Positions 27,389-38,309 are shown, counted from the first letter of the stretch. The stretch: 64,000 nt of DNA from Berkelbacteria bacterium GW2011_GWE1_39_12 (GCA_001029735.1 CP011213.1:332288-396287); one strand, 5' to 3'. Notes: a model not told the origin generated them from the letters alone. Numbers and translations are program-made.

Positions 27389-28680
27389 ATATCTTAAAAC
27401 AAAAAAGCGTCAAGAGACTGGCCGTCAATTCAATATGGCTAACCGCCGATAACGCCTTAAGAATTTTCGCCGGCTTTTTTGTCGGAGTCTGGGTTGCACG
27501 GTTTTTGGGACCGGATAACTTTGGCCAGTGGAGCTATGCTTTGTCGTATGTTTCAATTTTTGCCGTCTTAATCGGTTCATCGCTCAATAATGTGGTTGTG
27601 CGAGAATTGGTTAAATTTCCTAAAAAAAGAAATAAAATCCTTGGCAGCTCTTTTGTGTTGAAATTTTCCGGGGCTATAATTGCATTTTTACTAAGTGTCT
27701 TTTCGATTTACTTATTCTCCCATCAGGCAAATTCAATTAAGCTGATGGTTTTAATTGTGGCTTCTGGTACAATATTCCAATCTTTCGAAGTCATAAATTA
27801 TTGGTTTGAATCTAGAGTCGAATCAAATTATGCCGTAATCGCACGCTCTATAGCTTTTATTGTCTCCAACTTATTGAAAATATTTTTCGTGCTCAGTCAT
27901 TACAGTATTGTCTGGTTTGCTGTCGCCAGTGCCGCGGAGATATTTATTTGCGCCATCGCCTATCTCAGCGTATATAAAGCCAGCAAAAGAAAAATACTGG
28001 GTTGGAGATTTGATAAAAAAGTTACCAAAAAGATTTTTTTAGCTGGTTTGCCTCTAATTATCGCTGGAATATTAGCCACGGTGTACTCAACTGCAGATAA
28101 AATTTTAGTCGGTTCTTTTATCAATGATGCAGCTTTGGGCAATTATTCAGTCGGAACAATGCTAACTAATTCTTGGAGTTTTATCGCTACAGCCATCACA
28201 ATTTCAGTTTATCCATCGATCATCTACACTAAATTAAATTCTGTTCATCTATATGAGCGCAGAATGAAAAAACTTTACAGCTTAATGGTAATTATGGCAA
28301 TATTTATGAGTCTGCCAATTTCTGTTTTTTCACACCAAATCATTTATTTTCTCTATGGGCCAAAATATGACTCGGCGGCAATCGTTCTCTCAATTTATGT
28401 TTGGACGGCCGTCCCAGCTTTTTTAGATATTGCCGGCCAAAAATGGCTATTTGCTGAAAACCTGCAAAAATATTTACCGATCAAAACCTTGATCGGATCT
28501 ACTGTAAGTATTGTTCTAAACCTGATTTTTATTCCGAAATATGGAGTTGTCGGAGCGGCGTTTGTAGCTCTCCTTTCAATTTCGATCGCGACATATTTCT
28601 CAAACGCGTTTTTTAAGGAAACCCGCCCCTTGTTTCGCGCCCAAACCTTGGCTATTATTAAACCGAGGATACTAGGTTAA
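27370..28680 (+). CDS. Flippase (Wzx)
   Basis: ARFLGPDNFG, multi-TM, LNLIFIPKYGVVGAA. Confidence 0.88.
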   Translation: MLKHYLNILKQKSVKRLAVNSIWLTADNALRIFAGFFVGVWVARFLGPDNFGQWSYALSYVSIFAVLIGSSLNNVVVRELVKFPKKRNKILGSSFVLKFSGAIIAFLLSVFSIYLFSHQANSIKLMVLIVASGTIFQSFEVINYWFESRVESNYAVIARSIAFIVSNLLKIFFVLSHYSIVWFAVASAAEIFICAIAYLSVYKASKRKILGWRFDKKVTKKIFLAGLPLIIAGILATVYSTADKILVGSFINDAALGNYSVGTMLTNSWSFIATAITISVYPSIIYTKLNSVHLYERRMKKLYSLMVIMAIFMSLPISVFSHQIIYFLYGPKYDSAAIVLSIYVWTAVPAFLDIAGQKWLFAENLQKYLPIKTLIGSTVSIVLNLIFIPKYGVVGAAFVALLSISIATYFSNAFFKETRPLFRAQTLAIIKPRILG

Positions 28681-28734
28681 AAAATAGATCCGCTTTCGAG
28701 CGGATCGCGGAAATTTTCTAAAACAGGGAAAATT

Positions 28735-30135
28735 ATGAATATACTCTGGATCACCAATAAATATGTTGAAGGTAAAAGCTTAAGCCGATACTATCCCGAT
28801 TTTCTTAAGTTTGTCGAGGAAAATGTCGATAAATCTGGTAACAAAATTAGCTTTATATTTTTTTCTAACGCAATGGTTCCAAGAATCAAGTCAAAAAATA
28901 ACTTTTTCTTTGACCCAAAAAAAATAGTCTTAAAAAATGATAAACTGATAAAAAAGACAGCGGCAAAGTTAGAGGACGAATACCAGTTTACTTTCAAACA
29001 GGCTTATTTCCCTGATCTTATCCAGGTTTCCAAAAACCAAGATTTTAGGAAAATTCACTTAACCGAAAAAGAGTTTTCCAGTCTCGGCCATTTGGTCCAC
29101 AAATTTTTATTTTTAGAAAATATTATTGATCAAAAAAAATTGGATGTCGTCTTCTGTGATCAAAGCCCTGAAGTGGAAATGGAACTTGCTAGGGTCATTT
29201 GTTTAAAAAAGAAAAAAATATTTCTACGTCAAACCGAGTCATTTTTAGGCAGATGCGTGTTCCATCAACAATTCGCATTTGGAAAAGAGAAAATTGTCCT
29301 GGCAACTCTTGATAAGAAAATCACCAGATCTTTTGCAAAAAATTTTGTTAACGACTTCGCTAGACATAACAGACCCGCGTATCCACCAGTAGAGCATCTT
29401 AAAGCTGATTTTAAAGAGTTTTACTTACAACGGCTAATCCATTTCTACAAATATCCGCAATTTATAAAATTGTTTTTTTTAAAACCTTATTTTCTTTTCG
29501 AAGAAAAGATACTTAAGACTCTGATTAGAAAAAAATTTTACAAAAATAGGCCATATTTTTTCTTCGGTTTTCATTTACCGACTGAATCAACGGTCTCACT
29601 GCGTGCCTTGCCTTACATGAACCAATTCTCACTAATTGAAAGTATCAGCCGTGTTTTACCTTTTGGGTATTACCTATATGTTAGAGAACATCCTGGGTGG
29701 AGAAAACGTTTCTCCTTCTCTTTCCTTAAAAAAGTTGGAGCCTTGCCATGCGTTAGACTTATTTCCCCTGATATCCCAATCTCCGATATTCTTAAATCCA
29801 GCCGAGGAATTTTAACTTATAATGCGACAACCGGGATAGAAGCGCTAATGTATGGCAAACCGATTTTGTCTTTTGCGCCAAATCTTTATCATAATCTTCA
29901 CCCGGCCGCTGATTATTGTTCCGATCTTTATAACCTTGGCATGCAATTATCGAAATTGGCGAACGCTTCAGTAAACAAAAAGGATACGTATGAATATATT
30001 TACAAAATGCTTCGATCATCGAGCAGAGTTTCAATTAGAGCCGGAACATTTCTATCAAAAAAAGACAGCGTTGAGAAAGCGTCAGTTTTTGCTAAAGAAC
30101 TATTAGCGGCGATAGAGTACTGCGAAAAAAACTAA
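28735..30135 (+). CDS. Second capsule-synthesis-family (KpsS-like) protein
   Basis: FFGFHLPTES, VREHP, ATTGIEALMYGKPI. Confidence 0.72.
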   Translation: MNILWITNKYVEGKSLSRYYPDFLKFVEENVDKSGNKISFIFFSNAMVPRIKSKNNFFFDPKKIVLKNDKLIKKTAAKLEDEYQFTFKQAYFPDLIQVSKNQDFRKIHLTEKEFSSLGHLVHKFLFLENIIDQKKLDVVFCDQSPEVEMELARVICLKKKKIFLRQTESFLGRCVFHQQFAFGKEKIVLATLDKKITRSFAKNFVNDFARHNRPAYPPVEHLKADFKEFYLQRLIHFYKYPQFIKLFFLKPYFLFEEKILKTLIRKKFYKNRPYFFFGFHLPTESTVSLRALPYMNQFSLIESISRVLPFGYYLYVREHPGWRKRFSFSFLKKVGALPCVRLISPDIPISDILKSSRGILTYNATTGIEALMYGKPILSFAPNLYHNLHPAADYCSDLYNLGMQLSKLANASVNKKDTYEYIYKMLRSSSRVSIRAGTFLSKKDSVEKASVFAKELLAAIEYCEKN

Positions 30136-31967
30136 TCCTTGATATTCGTTAAAATAAAAAAGTTCTCGTTTTCAAAAAATTTTGTATAGTCTGTAAAATG
30201 TTCGTCTTGTTTTATACTCTCGATACTAGATTTGATGGACTTTTCACGCGCTTCAAACTTTTCACTGTAGTTTTTAAAGCCCTTATCAGTTGAGGCTGCA
30301 CCTTGGGACAAAACTGGATCAGGACGTAGTATCTTTTTTTCAAGAATTAATACCGAATTATTGTTTTGTAAATAGTCGGGTTTTAATTCTTGCAAGGTAA
30401 TGTTTTGAGCTACCATGCCGAGCTGATAACTACTGGTGATTAATGTCAAATTTTTATCCGTATATTGCTTTGCTAACCGACTAATCACTCTAAATTCTTC
30501 ATCATAATATGATCTGTAAAACTTTGGCGGTAAAAATAAACCAGATGCAGAGATCAAAACAGAGCCAACTAGCAAATAGTGATACATTTTTTTTGAATAG
30601 ATTTGATCAACAAAAGTTGTTAGGCCAAAAATTGAAAGCATTAATAAATACCATCCGCTTCTACCTCTGTAATTGCTCATTTCAAAAATTCCTGTCTGCG
30701 TGCTTAAGCCGTATACCAAGCTTGCAATAGACAAAGTCAAGAGTAATGCGTTTTTTTTACGTAAAGCATAAATAAAAAGAAAAGTTGAAAACCCAATCCA
30801 TAAATATGAACCTAGACCGAGTATGGAATTAATTGATCTAACATTTTTTACCCTTATTGCGTCATAGCCAGTACCAAGCATGGGCTTCAAATATGGATTT
30901 TTTTGTACATATCCCGGCATTTTGAGATCTTCAGTAATAGCATCATTTGTGGTTGATTCCTCTCCGACGGTCACTTGAATACCTGGAAATCCATAATATC
31001 TTTTCAAGACATTTGATTGAATATAAACATGTCCAAATGAAGTTAGAAAACCGATAAACAAAAATAGATTTATACACAAAAGATAGCGAGAGTACCCTTT
31101 AGTAAATTTTTTATTGAATACAAAAACCGCAAGAAAAAGAACTGCGGCTGTGGGAAGTAATGAAATAAAAAAATATGGCACAGACAGAGCTAGAGCGACG
31201 GAGAAAATCAGGAACAAAACCAGATTTAGTTTTCTTCTTTTAATTTCTTGATCAGAAATTAAAACAATAAAGGCAGCAAAATAGATAAAAGTTAAAGAAG
31301 AGGAGAAAAAACCAATCGTCTGTAATGTAAATTGATTATAAATTGGCAAAACCAGTAATGCCAAAAGAAATACAGTTAATACCTTATTTTTTAGGAAATT
31401 GTGAATTAAAAGTATGAAAGCGATAACAGTTACCATTCCAATAGCAGGCCCAGTGAACCGATAGAGATCTGCAAAAGATATAATTTTCGCTAGAGGCATT
31501 AGTATTATGTGAAAACCAGGAGCATAAAAGCCATTGCTCAAATAGCCAGGGCTCAATAAATTTTTTACAAAAAATAGATGATTATAAGTGTCATTGCTCC
31601 CAGGACCAATGAATTTAAAACTGTCAAAATAACGGGTATATATTATAACTATTGATAATATTATTACTGAAAAGATTGCTAACCAATTAAACCTAACTTT
31701 TCTTAATTCGGGTAGTTTTATTTTATAACAAACCCATAAGTTAGCTAAGACAACAAAAGATAAATAAGACTCAGGAAAGTATCTCATCGTGCTAGTGCAA
31801 TAGAATATATAGCCAATAATAATTTCCAATGACAGAGAAAAAGGAATGGCATATCTTAAGGCTATTTTTTCATCTTTCATTAAGTGCTTTAAAGGTAAAA
31901 ACATAGCAAAAGAACTTATTAAAAAGAGAAAAAAAATGGCTACAGAGATTATAATATTATGTATCAT
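30132..31967 (-). CDS. Multi-pass membrane protein, GT-C-like
   Basis: Many TMs; early loop DTYNH...YAPGFH. Confidence 0.6.
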   Translation of the reverse strand: MIHNIIISVAIFFLFLISSFAMFLPLKHLMKDEKIALRYAIPFSLSLEIIIGYIFYCTSTMRYFPESYLSFVVLANLWVCYKIKLPELRKVRFNWLAIFSVIILSIVIIYTRYFDSFKFIGPGSNDTYNHLFFVKNLLSPGYLSNGFYAPGFHIILMPLAKIISFADLYRFTGPAIGMVTVIAFILLIHNFLKNKVLTVFLLALLVLPIYNQFTLQTIGFFSSSLTFIYFAAFIVLISDQEIKRRKLNLVLFLIFSVALALSVPYFFISLLPTAAVLFLAVFVFNKKFTKGYSRYLLCINLFLFIGFLTSFGHVYIQSNVLKRYYGFPGIQVTVGEESTTNDAITEDLKMPGYVQKNPYLKPMLGTGYDAIRVKNVRSINSILGLGSYLWIGFSTFLFIYALRKKNALLLTLSIASLVYGLSTQTGIFEMSNYRGRSGWYLLMLSIFGLTTFVDQIYSKKMYHYLLVGSVLISASGLFLPPKFYRSYYDEEFRVISRLAKQYTDKNLTLITSSYQLGMVAQNITLQELKPDYLQNNNSVLILEKKILRPDPVLSQGAASTDKGFKNYSEKFEAREKSIKSSIESIKQDEHFTDYTKFFENENFFILTNIKD

Positions 31968-33148
31968 TATTTTGTATTATAGATGTCTTTAAGAATTATT
32001 GCTAAGTCTTTAATATTATAACTCTCTGCTAATTTTAAAGCATTTTTCGATAATTTAGAATGCAAATTGCCATCTTTCAAGATAATCTTTATTGATTCGG
32101 CCGCTTTCGATTCACCTTTTACAACAAAACCTGCCTTAAATTTTTCAACTGTTGGCAAATTTGACTCAAGAGAGCAAACTATAGGTAAGCCAAGAGCAGC
32201 GGATTCAAGTAGCGAGGTCGGTAAACCTTCTGACCGCGAATTTAAAAGAGAAAGATCGGCGCTTTTAAGTATCTCAAGCTTTTTAATGCCCGATAATAAA
32301 CCAGTAAAAATAATGCGGTCTTGTAATCCAAGTCTTCTTGCTAATCGTTCAATGTTGGCTCTTTCCCCCTCGTCTGGACCAATAATCAAAAAAGTAAAAG
32401 ATAATCTATCTTTAATTTTGGAAAGTACCTTAAGTGAAATATCCAGCCCTTTTTGCCTGTGGATTCTACCAATAAATACAATGATTTTATCCTTATGCGG
32501 AATACCATAGCTTTTACGAACATCGGCCGGCTTAATATTCCAATATTCACTCAAATCGAGACCATTTGGAACAATTTCAATCTTCGATTTAATTTGCGGC
32601 AAGATTTCCAACACACCTTTTTTCTCCTTCTCATTAAGAACAATAACAGCACTACTATTAAGAGCCAAAGATGCAAATCTTTTTATGATAAAATTTTTGA
32701 TTGTATAGAACTTAGACTTTCTGGCTGCTGAAAATAATGACCCATGAGGTTGAAAAACATATTTCTTGTTAAGTTTGTGGCAAATCCTACCAGTGATAAT
32801 TGATTGATAAGTAAAAAATTCATGGATATGGATTACATCATAATTCTTAATATTTAAATCCAGCCACTTTTTCATTCCCACAGGGATATAAAGATTAAAA
32901 TTCTTTGCCAACTTATTATTAAAGTTTTTAAATCGGATAACCTGTATGCCTTCAATCTTTTCTCTTAACTTTTTATTCCTTTGTTTTGAATCCAAAACAT
33001 CAGTTGTTACCACAGTGACAGAATTCCCCATTCTTGTCAGTTCCTTTGCAAAATCAAAAGTTACCCTAACAGGGCCGCCGTAACTCCATGCCGGCGCAAA
33101 ATAAGGGATTACAAACAATATTTTTTTATTTTCTGAAGCTTTATTCAT
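31967..33148 (-). CDS. Glycosyltransferase family 4
   Basis: FAPAWSYGGP, PHGSL, FIGRIHRQKG, SRSEGLPTSLLESA. Confidence 0.9.
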   Translation of the reverse strand: MNKASENKKILFVIPYFAPAWSYGGPVRVTFDFAKELTRMGNSVTVVTTDVLDSKQRNKKLREKIEGIQVIRFKNFNNKLAKNFNLYIPVGMKKWLDLNIKNYDVIHIHEFFTYQSIITGRICHKLNKKYVFQPHGSLFSAARKSKFYTIKNFIIKRFASLALNSSAVIVLNEKEKKGVLEILPQIKSKIEIVPNGLDLSEYWNIKPADVRKSYGIPHKDKIIVFIGRIHRQKGLDISLKVLSKIKDRLSFTFLIIGPDEGERANIERLARRLGLQDRIIFTGLLSGIKKLEILKSADLSLLNSRSEGLPTSLLESAALGLPIVCSLESNLPTVEKFKAGFVVKGESKAAESIKIILKDGNLHSKLSKNALKLAESYNIKDLAIILKDIYNTK

Positions 33149-33407
33149 TTTATTTCCAGCAAAACTAATTTTCATCGTAACATCGCATGAGTAATTCCGC
33201 AAACAACAGATATACTCGGTAATATTATGTTATCGGATGTCTATATTCATACCTTTAAAAAAATCGTTTAGATAACTTTATTAAATGTAGTGACAATACT
33301 TTTTGTAATTAACTTTATTCCGTAGCTAGTACGACACAAAGAAGAAAATAAAAGGGAATATATTTTTGTTTACATCCTTGCTTTAATATGATTAATTTAA
33401 TTATGCA

Positions 33408-34307
33408 ATGGCTAAAACAAAAATCTTAATTTTAGGTGCTTCTGGTATGATCGGCAATACCCTCTTTCGAAAGCTATCGCAAAGTAGAAAATACGAAGTA
33501 TTTGGGACCGTGCCAAATGAGACTCAAGAAAAATTAATTGCCGAAAAATACAAAAAACAGATTTTCAATCATATAGAAATCGAGAACTTCGATTCTGTTA
33601 TTCGTGTTGTTGAAGTGGCCAGGCCAAGCATTGTCATTAATTGTGTAGGTTTGATCAAACAAATGTCTAATGCCAATGATTTACCTGTCGCCATTTATAT
33701 GAATGCCCTGTTTCCACATCGGCTGGCACACCTGTTAAGCGCGGCCAATGTAAGATTAATTCATCTTAGCACCGATTGCGTTTTTTCCGGAATAACAGGT
33801 TATTATTACGAAAAAGATCTAACAGATGCAACTGATACCTATGGTAAAACCAAATTTTTAGGCGAAGTAACTAACTATAAGAATTGCTTGACACTACGAA
33901 CCTCTTGTATCGGTCATGAGTTGCAAGGCTATAAAGGAATCGTGGAATGGTTTCTATCGCAGTCTGGGAGCACCTGGGGCTATAGAAAGGCTATCTATTC
34001 CGGCGTTCCCACAGTAGAACTGGCAGAAATTTTAACAAAGTTTATTATTCCAAATCACCAGCTATCCGGCCTTTACCATGTTTCCGCCGAGCCAATCAAT
34101 AAAAATGATTTATTAAACCTGATCGCCAAAGAATATAAGAAAAAAATTAAAATCAAACCTGATGATAAAGAAGTGGTAGACCGATCCATTAACTCTGATA
34201 GATTTCGCAAAAAAACAGGCTACAAGCCACCAACTTGGAATGCTTTAATCAAGAAAATGCACAAAGACTACGCTTCTAGTCATATTTATCGAAAGTATGA
34301 ATCATGA
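33408..34307 (+). CDS. SDR family, RmlD-like NDP-4-keto-6-deoxysugar reductase
   Basis: LGASGMIG, NCVGLIKQ, STDCVFSG, YGKTKFLGE. Confidence 0.88.
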   Translation: MAKTKILILGASGMIGNTLFRKLSQSRKYEVFGTVPNETQEKLIAEKYKKQIFNHIEIENFDSVIRVVEVARPSIVINCVGLIKQMSNANDLPVAIYMNALFPHRLAHLLSAANVRLIHLSTDCVFSGITGYYYEKDLTDATDTYGKTKFLGEVTNYKNCLTLRTSCIGHELQGYKGIVEWFLSQSGSTWGYRKAIYSGVPTVELAEILTKFIIPNHQLSGLYHVSAEPINKNDLLNLIAKEYKKKIKIKPDDKEVVDRSINSDRFRKKTGYKPPTWNALIKKMHKDYASSHIYRKYES

Positions 34308-36280
34308 ATAAACTAATCAAGATTGGTATTACTGGCCAAAGTGGCTTTATCGGTTCGTCACTGAAGAATTATATTCAAAGAAACTCAGACGATGAATTTG
34401 ATGTTATTGAGTTTAAGGATGTTTTTTTCCAAAGTGATAAAAAATTGGAAGATTTTGTCTCTAAATCAGATGTAATCATCCATTTGGCTGGTATGTCTCG
34501 GGGTGACGATTCTGAACTCTATCAAACAAATATTGATTTAACCAATAAATTGATTAGCGCACTAGAGAAAACCGGCAACAAAGCGGGCGTTATTTTTGCT
34601 TCGTCAATTCACGAAAAAACCGATAACGCTTTTGGTAAGTCAAAGAGAGATTCGAGAATGCTCTTAAACAACTGGGCAAAAAAAAATAAAACGAAATTTT
34701 CGGGTTTATTAATCCCCCATGTTTTTGGACCAAATGCCAGGCCTTTCCATAATTCAGCTCTGTCAACTTTTTGCTATCAACTGACTCATGATCAAAAACC
34801 AAAACTGACGAATGATAGTGAATTAAAACTAATTTTCGTTGACGATTTGGCCGTTAAAATTCTTGATATCGCCAAAAGCAACCAATGGGTAAACAAAATC
34901 GATATCAAACCTTATAAGCGAATTTTGGTTTCAGAGTTACTCAAGAAATTAATGCAATATAAGCGTTCATATCTCGATAAAGATATAAAACCTGATCTTA
35001 ATACCCCCTTTGACATAAACCTGTTTAAAACCTTATACTCATATCTTGATAAAAAAGATAGCCAAACAGAAGGAAAGCAAGTGCCTCAAAAAGCTTCAAA
35101 AATAAAAGTCATAGATTTGCTCCCCGAGAAATCGCGGAAATTTTCAAAATTGAAAATTATGACCATTGTCGGTACAAGACCCGAAATTATTCGTCTCAGC
35201 CGAGTAATGCATGAACTAGATAAACATTTTAACCATGTCATTGTCCATACCGGACAAAATTACGATTATGAGTTAAATGAGATATTTTTTAAAGAATTAG
35301 GCATCAAAAAGCCAGACTTCTTCTTAAATGCCGCCACAGAAAATGTCGCCGGCACAATCGGCAATATTATTAACCTATCCGATGAATTATTTGAAAAAGA
35401 GAAACCTGACGCCGTTCTCCTGTATGGTGATACAAATAGCTGTTTATCGATAATTTCCGCTAAAAGAAAAAAAATCCCCGTCTTTCATATGGAAGCCGGA
35501 AACCGTGCCTTCGATCAACGGGTACCAGAGGACATCAACCGAAAGATTGTTGATCACTTAAGTGATATTAATATGCCATTGACCGAGCATGCGCGAAGAC
35601 ATCTTTTGGCCGAAGGAATCAAACCTGAAACGATTATCAAGACTGGTTCACCGATGATGGAAATTTTGAATTTCTATATGCCTAAGATTAAAACCAGTAA
35701 AGTTCTTACAAAATTAAAATTAACCAAGAAAAAATATTTTGTAGTCAGCGCTCACCGAGAAGAGAATATCGATTATCCAGAGAACTTTGATAATCTTCTT
35801 GATTCACTCAATGCAGTTGCCCGAGAGTATAAAATGCCTGTAATTGTTTCCACTCATCCAAGAACTCGTAAAAAAATTGAAAATCTTAAAGATAAAGACT
35901 TCGATAAAAGGATCCAGTTTCTAAAACCTCTCGGTATGTTTGATTACGTCAAACTTCAACAGAACGCTTACTGTGTTCTTTCAGATAGCGGTACTCTTAC
36001 AGAAGAATCTTCTATCCTAAACTTTCCAGCTATTATGATCAGACAAGCCCATGAAAGACCGGAGGGTATGGATGAAGGAACTTTAATAATGTCTGGACTT
36101 AAACCTGCAAATGTGCTTCAATCAATTCAAATTATCACCAGTGACTTTTCTTCCAAAGAACGGGTGACTAAAACTGTACCAGATTACGATGTTAAAAACG
36201 TCTCCAAGAAGGTGGCCCGAACCATTATGAGCTATACCGACTATATTAATCGAACTGTCTGGCACAAGAACGAGATCTAA
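34304..36280 (+). CDS. Fusion: CapF/FnlB-like NAD-dependent epimerase-reductase + CapG/FnlC-like non-hydrolysing UDP-sugar 2-epimerase
   Basis: N-term GITGQSGFIG, HLAG, FGKSK, HNSALSTFC; C-term IVGTRPEIIRLS, HTGQNYD, GDTNS, HMEAGNR, SDSGT, ERPEG. Confidence 0.88.
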   Translation: MNKLIKIGITGQSGFIGSSLKNYIQRNSDDEFDVIEFKDVFFQSDKKLEDFVSKSDVIIHLAGMSRGDDSELYQTNIDLTNKLISALEKTGNKAGVIFASSIHEKTDNAFGKSKRDSRMLLNNWAKKNKTKFSGLLIPHVFGPNARPFHNSALSTFCYQLTHDQKPKLTNDSELKLIFVDDLAVKILDIAKSNQWVNKIDIKPYKRILVSELLKKLMQYKRSYLDKDIKPDLNTPFDINLFKTLYSYLDKKDSQTEGKQVPQKASKIKVIDLLPEKSRKFSKLKIMTIVGTRPEIIRLSRVMHELDKHFNHVIVHTGQNYDYELNEIFFKELGIKKPDFFLNAATENVAGTIGNIINLSDELFEKEKPDAVLLYGDTNSCLSIISAKRKKIPVFHMEAGNRAFDQRVPEDINRKIVDHLSDINMPLTEHARRHLLAEGIKPETIIKTGSPMMEILNFYMPKIKTSKVLTKLKLTKKKYFVVSAHREENIDYPENFDNLLDSLNAVAREYKMPVIVSTHPRTRKKIENLKDKDFDKRIQFLKPLGMFDYVKLQQNAYCVLSDSGTLTEESSILNFPAIMIRQAHERPEGMDEGTLIMSGLKPANVLQSIQIITSDFSSKERVTKTVPDYDVKNVSKKVARTIMSYTDYINRTVWHKNEI

Positions 36281-38224
36281 TTATTTAGCAATTAAATTCA
36301 CACCGTTATCTTTTTTTTCTACCTTAAAGAGCTTATGGTTTTTTGACGTGGCTTGATCAGAGAACAAATCACCATAATGCGTCCAGAAATTATCATCCGC
36401 CTGGGCCAAATAAACGTAATCAAACTTCTCGTTAGTCAGTCTATAACTCCAATTTTCTTTCGAGGCGTTATTTGTCCAGACGTCGCCAGAACCATATTTC
36501 TCCCCCAGAGACCAACTGCCATCGCCTCCGTTCATGATTCTTGGAGCGATTTCATATCTCACCATCATACATTCCCATCCGTTTGTGTTCTGATATATCA
36601 GCCAAACCTTGCTTGATTCCTCGGTTCTAGCATTTATATCATCTGAAAACGGTTTAGTTTTTTCCCGTACCACTTCAGTTGATTTAGCCATAATCTGCGG
36701 CGGAACTATTAATTGATAAAAAGGAGGTGTATGAAAAATAAGAAGAAACAGCAAAATTATATCTGATATCCAGCCTAATACCTTCTCGTATTTAGGGTTT
36801 TCTTTCATAAAAACTGCGAGCGAGCCTATAGTGATTAGTGCCATGCCTAAAAGATAAGAGTTGATATAGCGGCTCATTGAAGCCAAATTTACACCCTCAA
36901 ATTCAGAAAAATAAAAAGTGTAAGCCAAGAGATGCAGAAATAAAAAGACAGAAAGCCCAACTACAAGAGATATATACAAGCTCAAGATGCGAGAACGATC
37001 ATCTTTCTTGCCAAAATAAATAATAAACCCTAAAGGAATTGTAAAAATTAATAGCCAGATCGGTATAGTTAAGCCAGGTTTGTTAATTTTCTCGGTGAAG
37101 GTTAAATAAAATTTGATGATTCTTTGTTCAGACTTATAACCCCCATCCTGTTGATTCATCGGCATTTTAACAACAGCCTGTTTAAAATTACCGATGATTG
37201 TCTTTTCGCGTGTCGTTGCGTTTTCTGAAAACGCTTCATTAATTCTTGATGGACTCGGTATTGAGCTGGAATCGACGATCCCTTGACCCTTGACATAAAA
37301 ATCCCAACTCTTCATTGGAACGACTGCCGCCAGCCCCATTAATATGATTATCCCAAGCATGTTCTTCCAGTTATTCAACTTTAAACGATTTTTAATTTTA
37401 CTCAAATTCTTAATTAACAGATCCAGACAAATAATTAAAACAACAGTAAGTGATAAAGCTATACCTGTTATTTTAATGATAGGTAAACAAAAAATAGCCG
37501 GGATAAGCATTAATTTTGACTTTCCGGTTCTTAAAATATAAACCGAGGATAAAACAGCACTGGCGAAGATTACACCAATAATATGATCATTTGTAATCGA
37601 TAAAAGACCTGGCCCAAAGTAAAGCAAGGCGGAAAAAGTAGCTACAGTAAAGACTATAAGTTTTTTCCAGTGCTTGCCAACTAGATCGAAAATAAAAGAA
37701 ATCGAAGAAAGAACTAAAATACCTTGAGCAAAATACAAGACCGCTTCGTTGTATCTTGAGAACCTCAGGAAAAAATACTGAAATAAGGCAATCCCAGGTG
37801 GATAATTGATTTTGCCGACTAAGATAGCACTTTCAGTTGTATAAAAATTATCGGTATGTAGAATTGCTTTGGTGAATTGCCCCCAGAAAAACTCATCCCA
37901 GCCAAAAATACTTGCTTTAAGAGTAAAAACAAACCAAGCCAGTCCTGAAAATAAGAGAAAATAGAAGCCGAAGGGTAAACTTTTAATCTCTTGCCAAGTT
38001 ACCTTTAATTTAAAAATCGAATACATCGGGAGCAGAAAGCCAAGCAAAAATATCACAAAACTAACAATCAGCAAAATTTTAAAAAACCCGGCCACATACA
38101 AGATAGAAATTAATCCAGTTGCCACCAAAAAAGGAAAATATGGTGCGTATTTTTTATACCTTAAAGATAGAAAAAATGACCAACCTAATAGAGAAACAAA
38201 GCTTAAAATATATAAATAATTCAT
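36281..38224 (-). CDS. Multi-pass membrane protein, GT-C-like
   Basis: WDEFFWG, NYPPG loop motifs; many TMs. Confidence 0.62.
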   Translation of the reverse strand: MNYLYILSFVSLLGWSFFLSLRYKKYAPYFPFLVATGLISILYVAGFFKILLIVSFVIFLLGFLLPMYSIFKLKVTWQEIKSLPFGFYFLLFSGLAWFVFTLKASIFGWDEFFWGQFTKAILHTDNFYTTESAILVGKINYPPGIALFQYFFLRFSRYNEAVLYFAQGILVLSSISFIFDLVGKHWKKLIVFTVATFSALLYFGPGLLSITNDHIIGVIFASAVLSSVYILRTGKSKLMLIPAIFCLPIIKITGIALSLTVVLIICLDLLIKNLSKIKNRLKLNNWKNMLGIIILMGLAAVVPMKSWDFYVKGQGIVDSSSIPSPSRINEAFSENATTREKTIIGNFKQAVVKMPMNQQDGGYKSEQRIIKFYLTFTEKINKPGLTIPIWLLIFTIPLGFIIYFGKKDDRSRILSLYISLVVGLSVFLFLHLLAYTFYFSEFEGVNLASMSRYINSYLLGMALITIGSLAVFMKENPKYEKVLGWISDIILLFLLIFHTPPFYQLIVPPQIMAKSTEVVREKTKPFSDDINARTEESSKVWLIYQNTNGWECMMVRYEIAPRIMNGGDGSWSLGEKYGSGDVWTNNASKENWSYRLTNEKFDYVYLAQADDNFWTHYGDLFSDQATSKNHKLFKVEKKDNGVNLIAK

Positions 38225-38309
38225 ATTAAAGTTTGCAATACCTGTTATTCCTTGATACTTTATTTTTGTCCATATTAATATTCTATCGTATTTAATTGGA
38301 AAGAACAAA

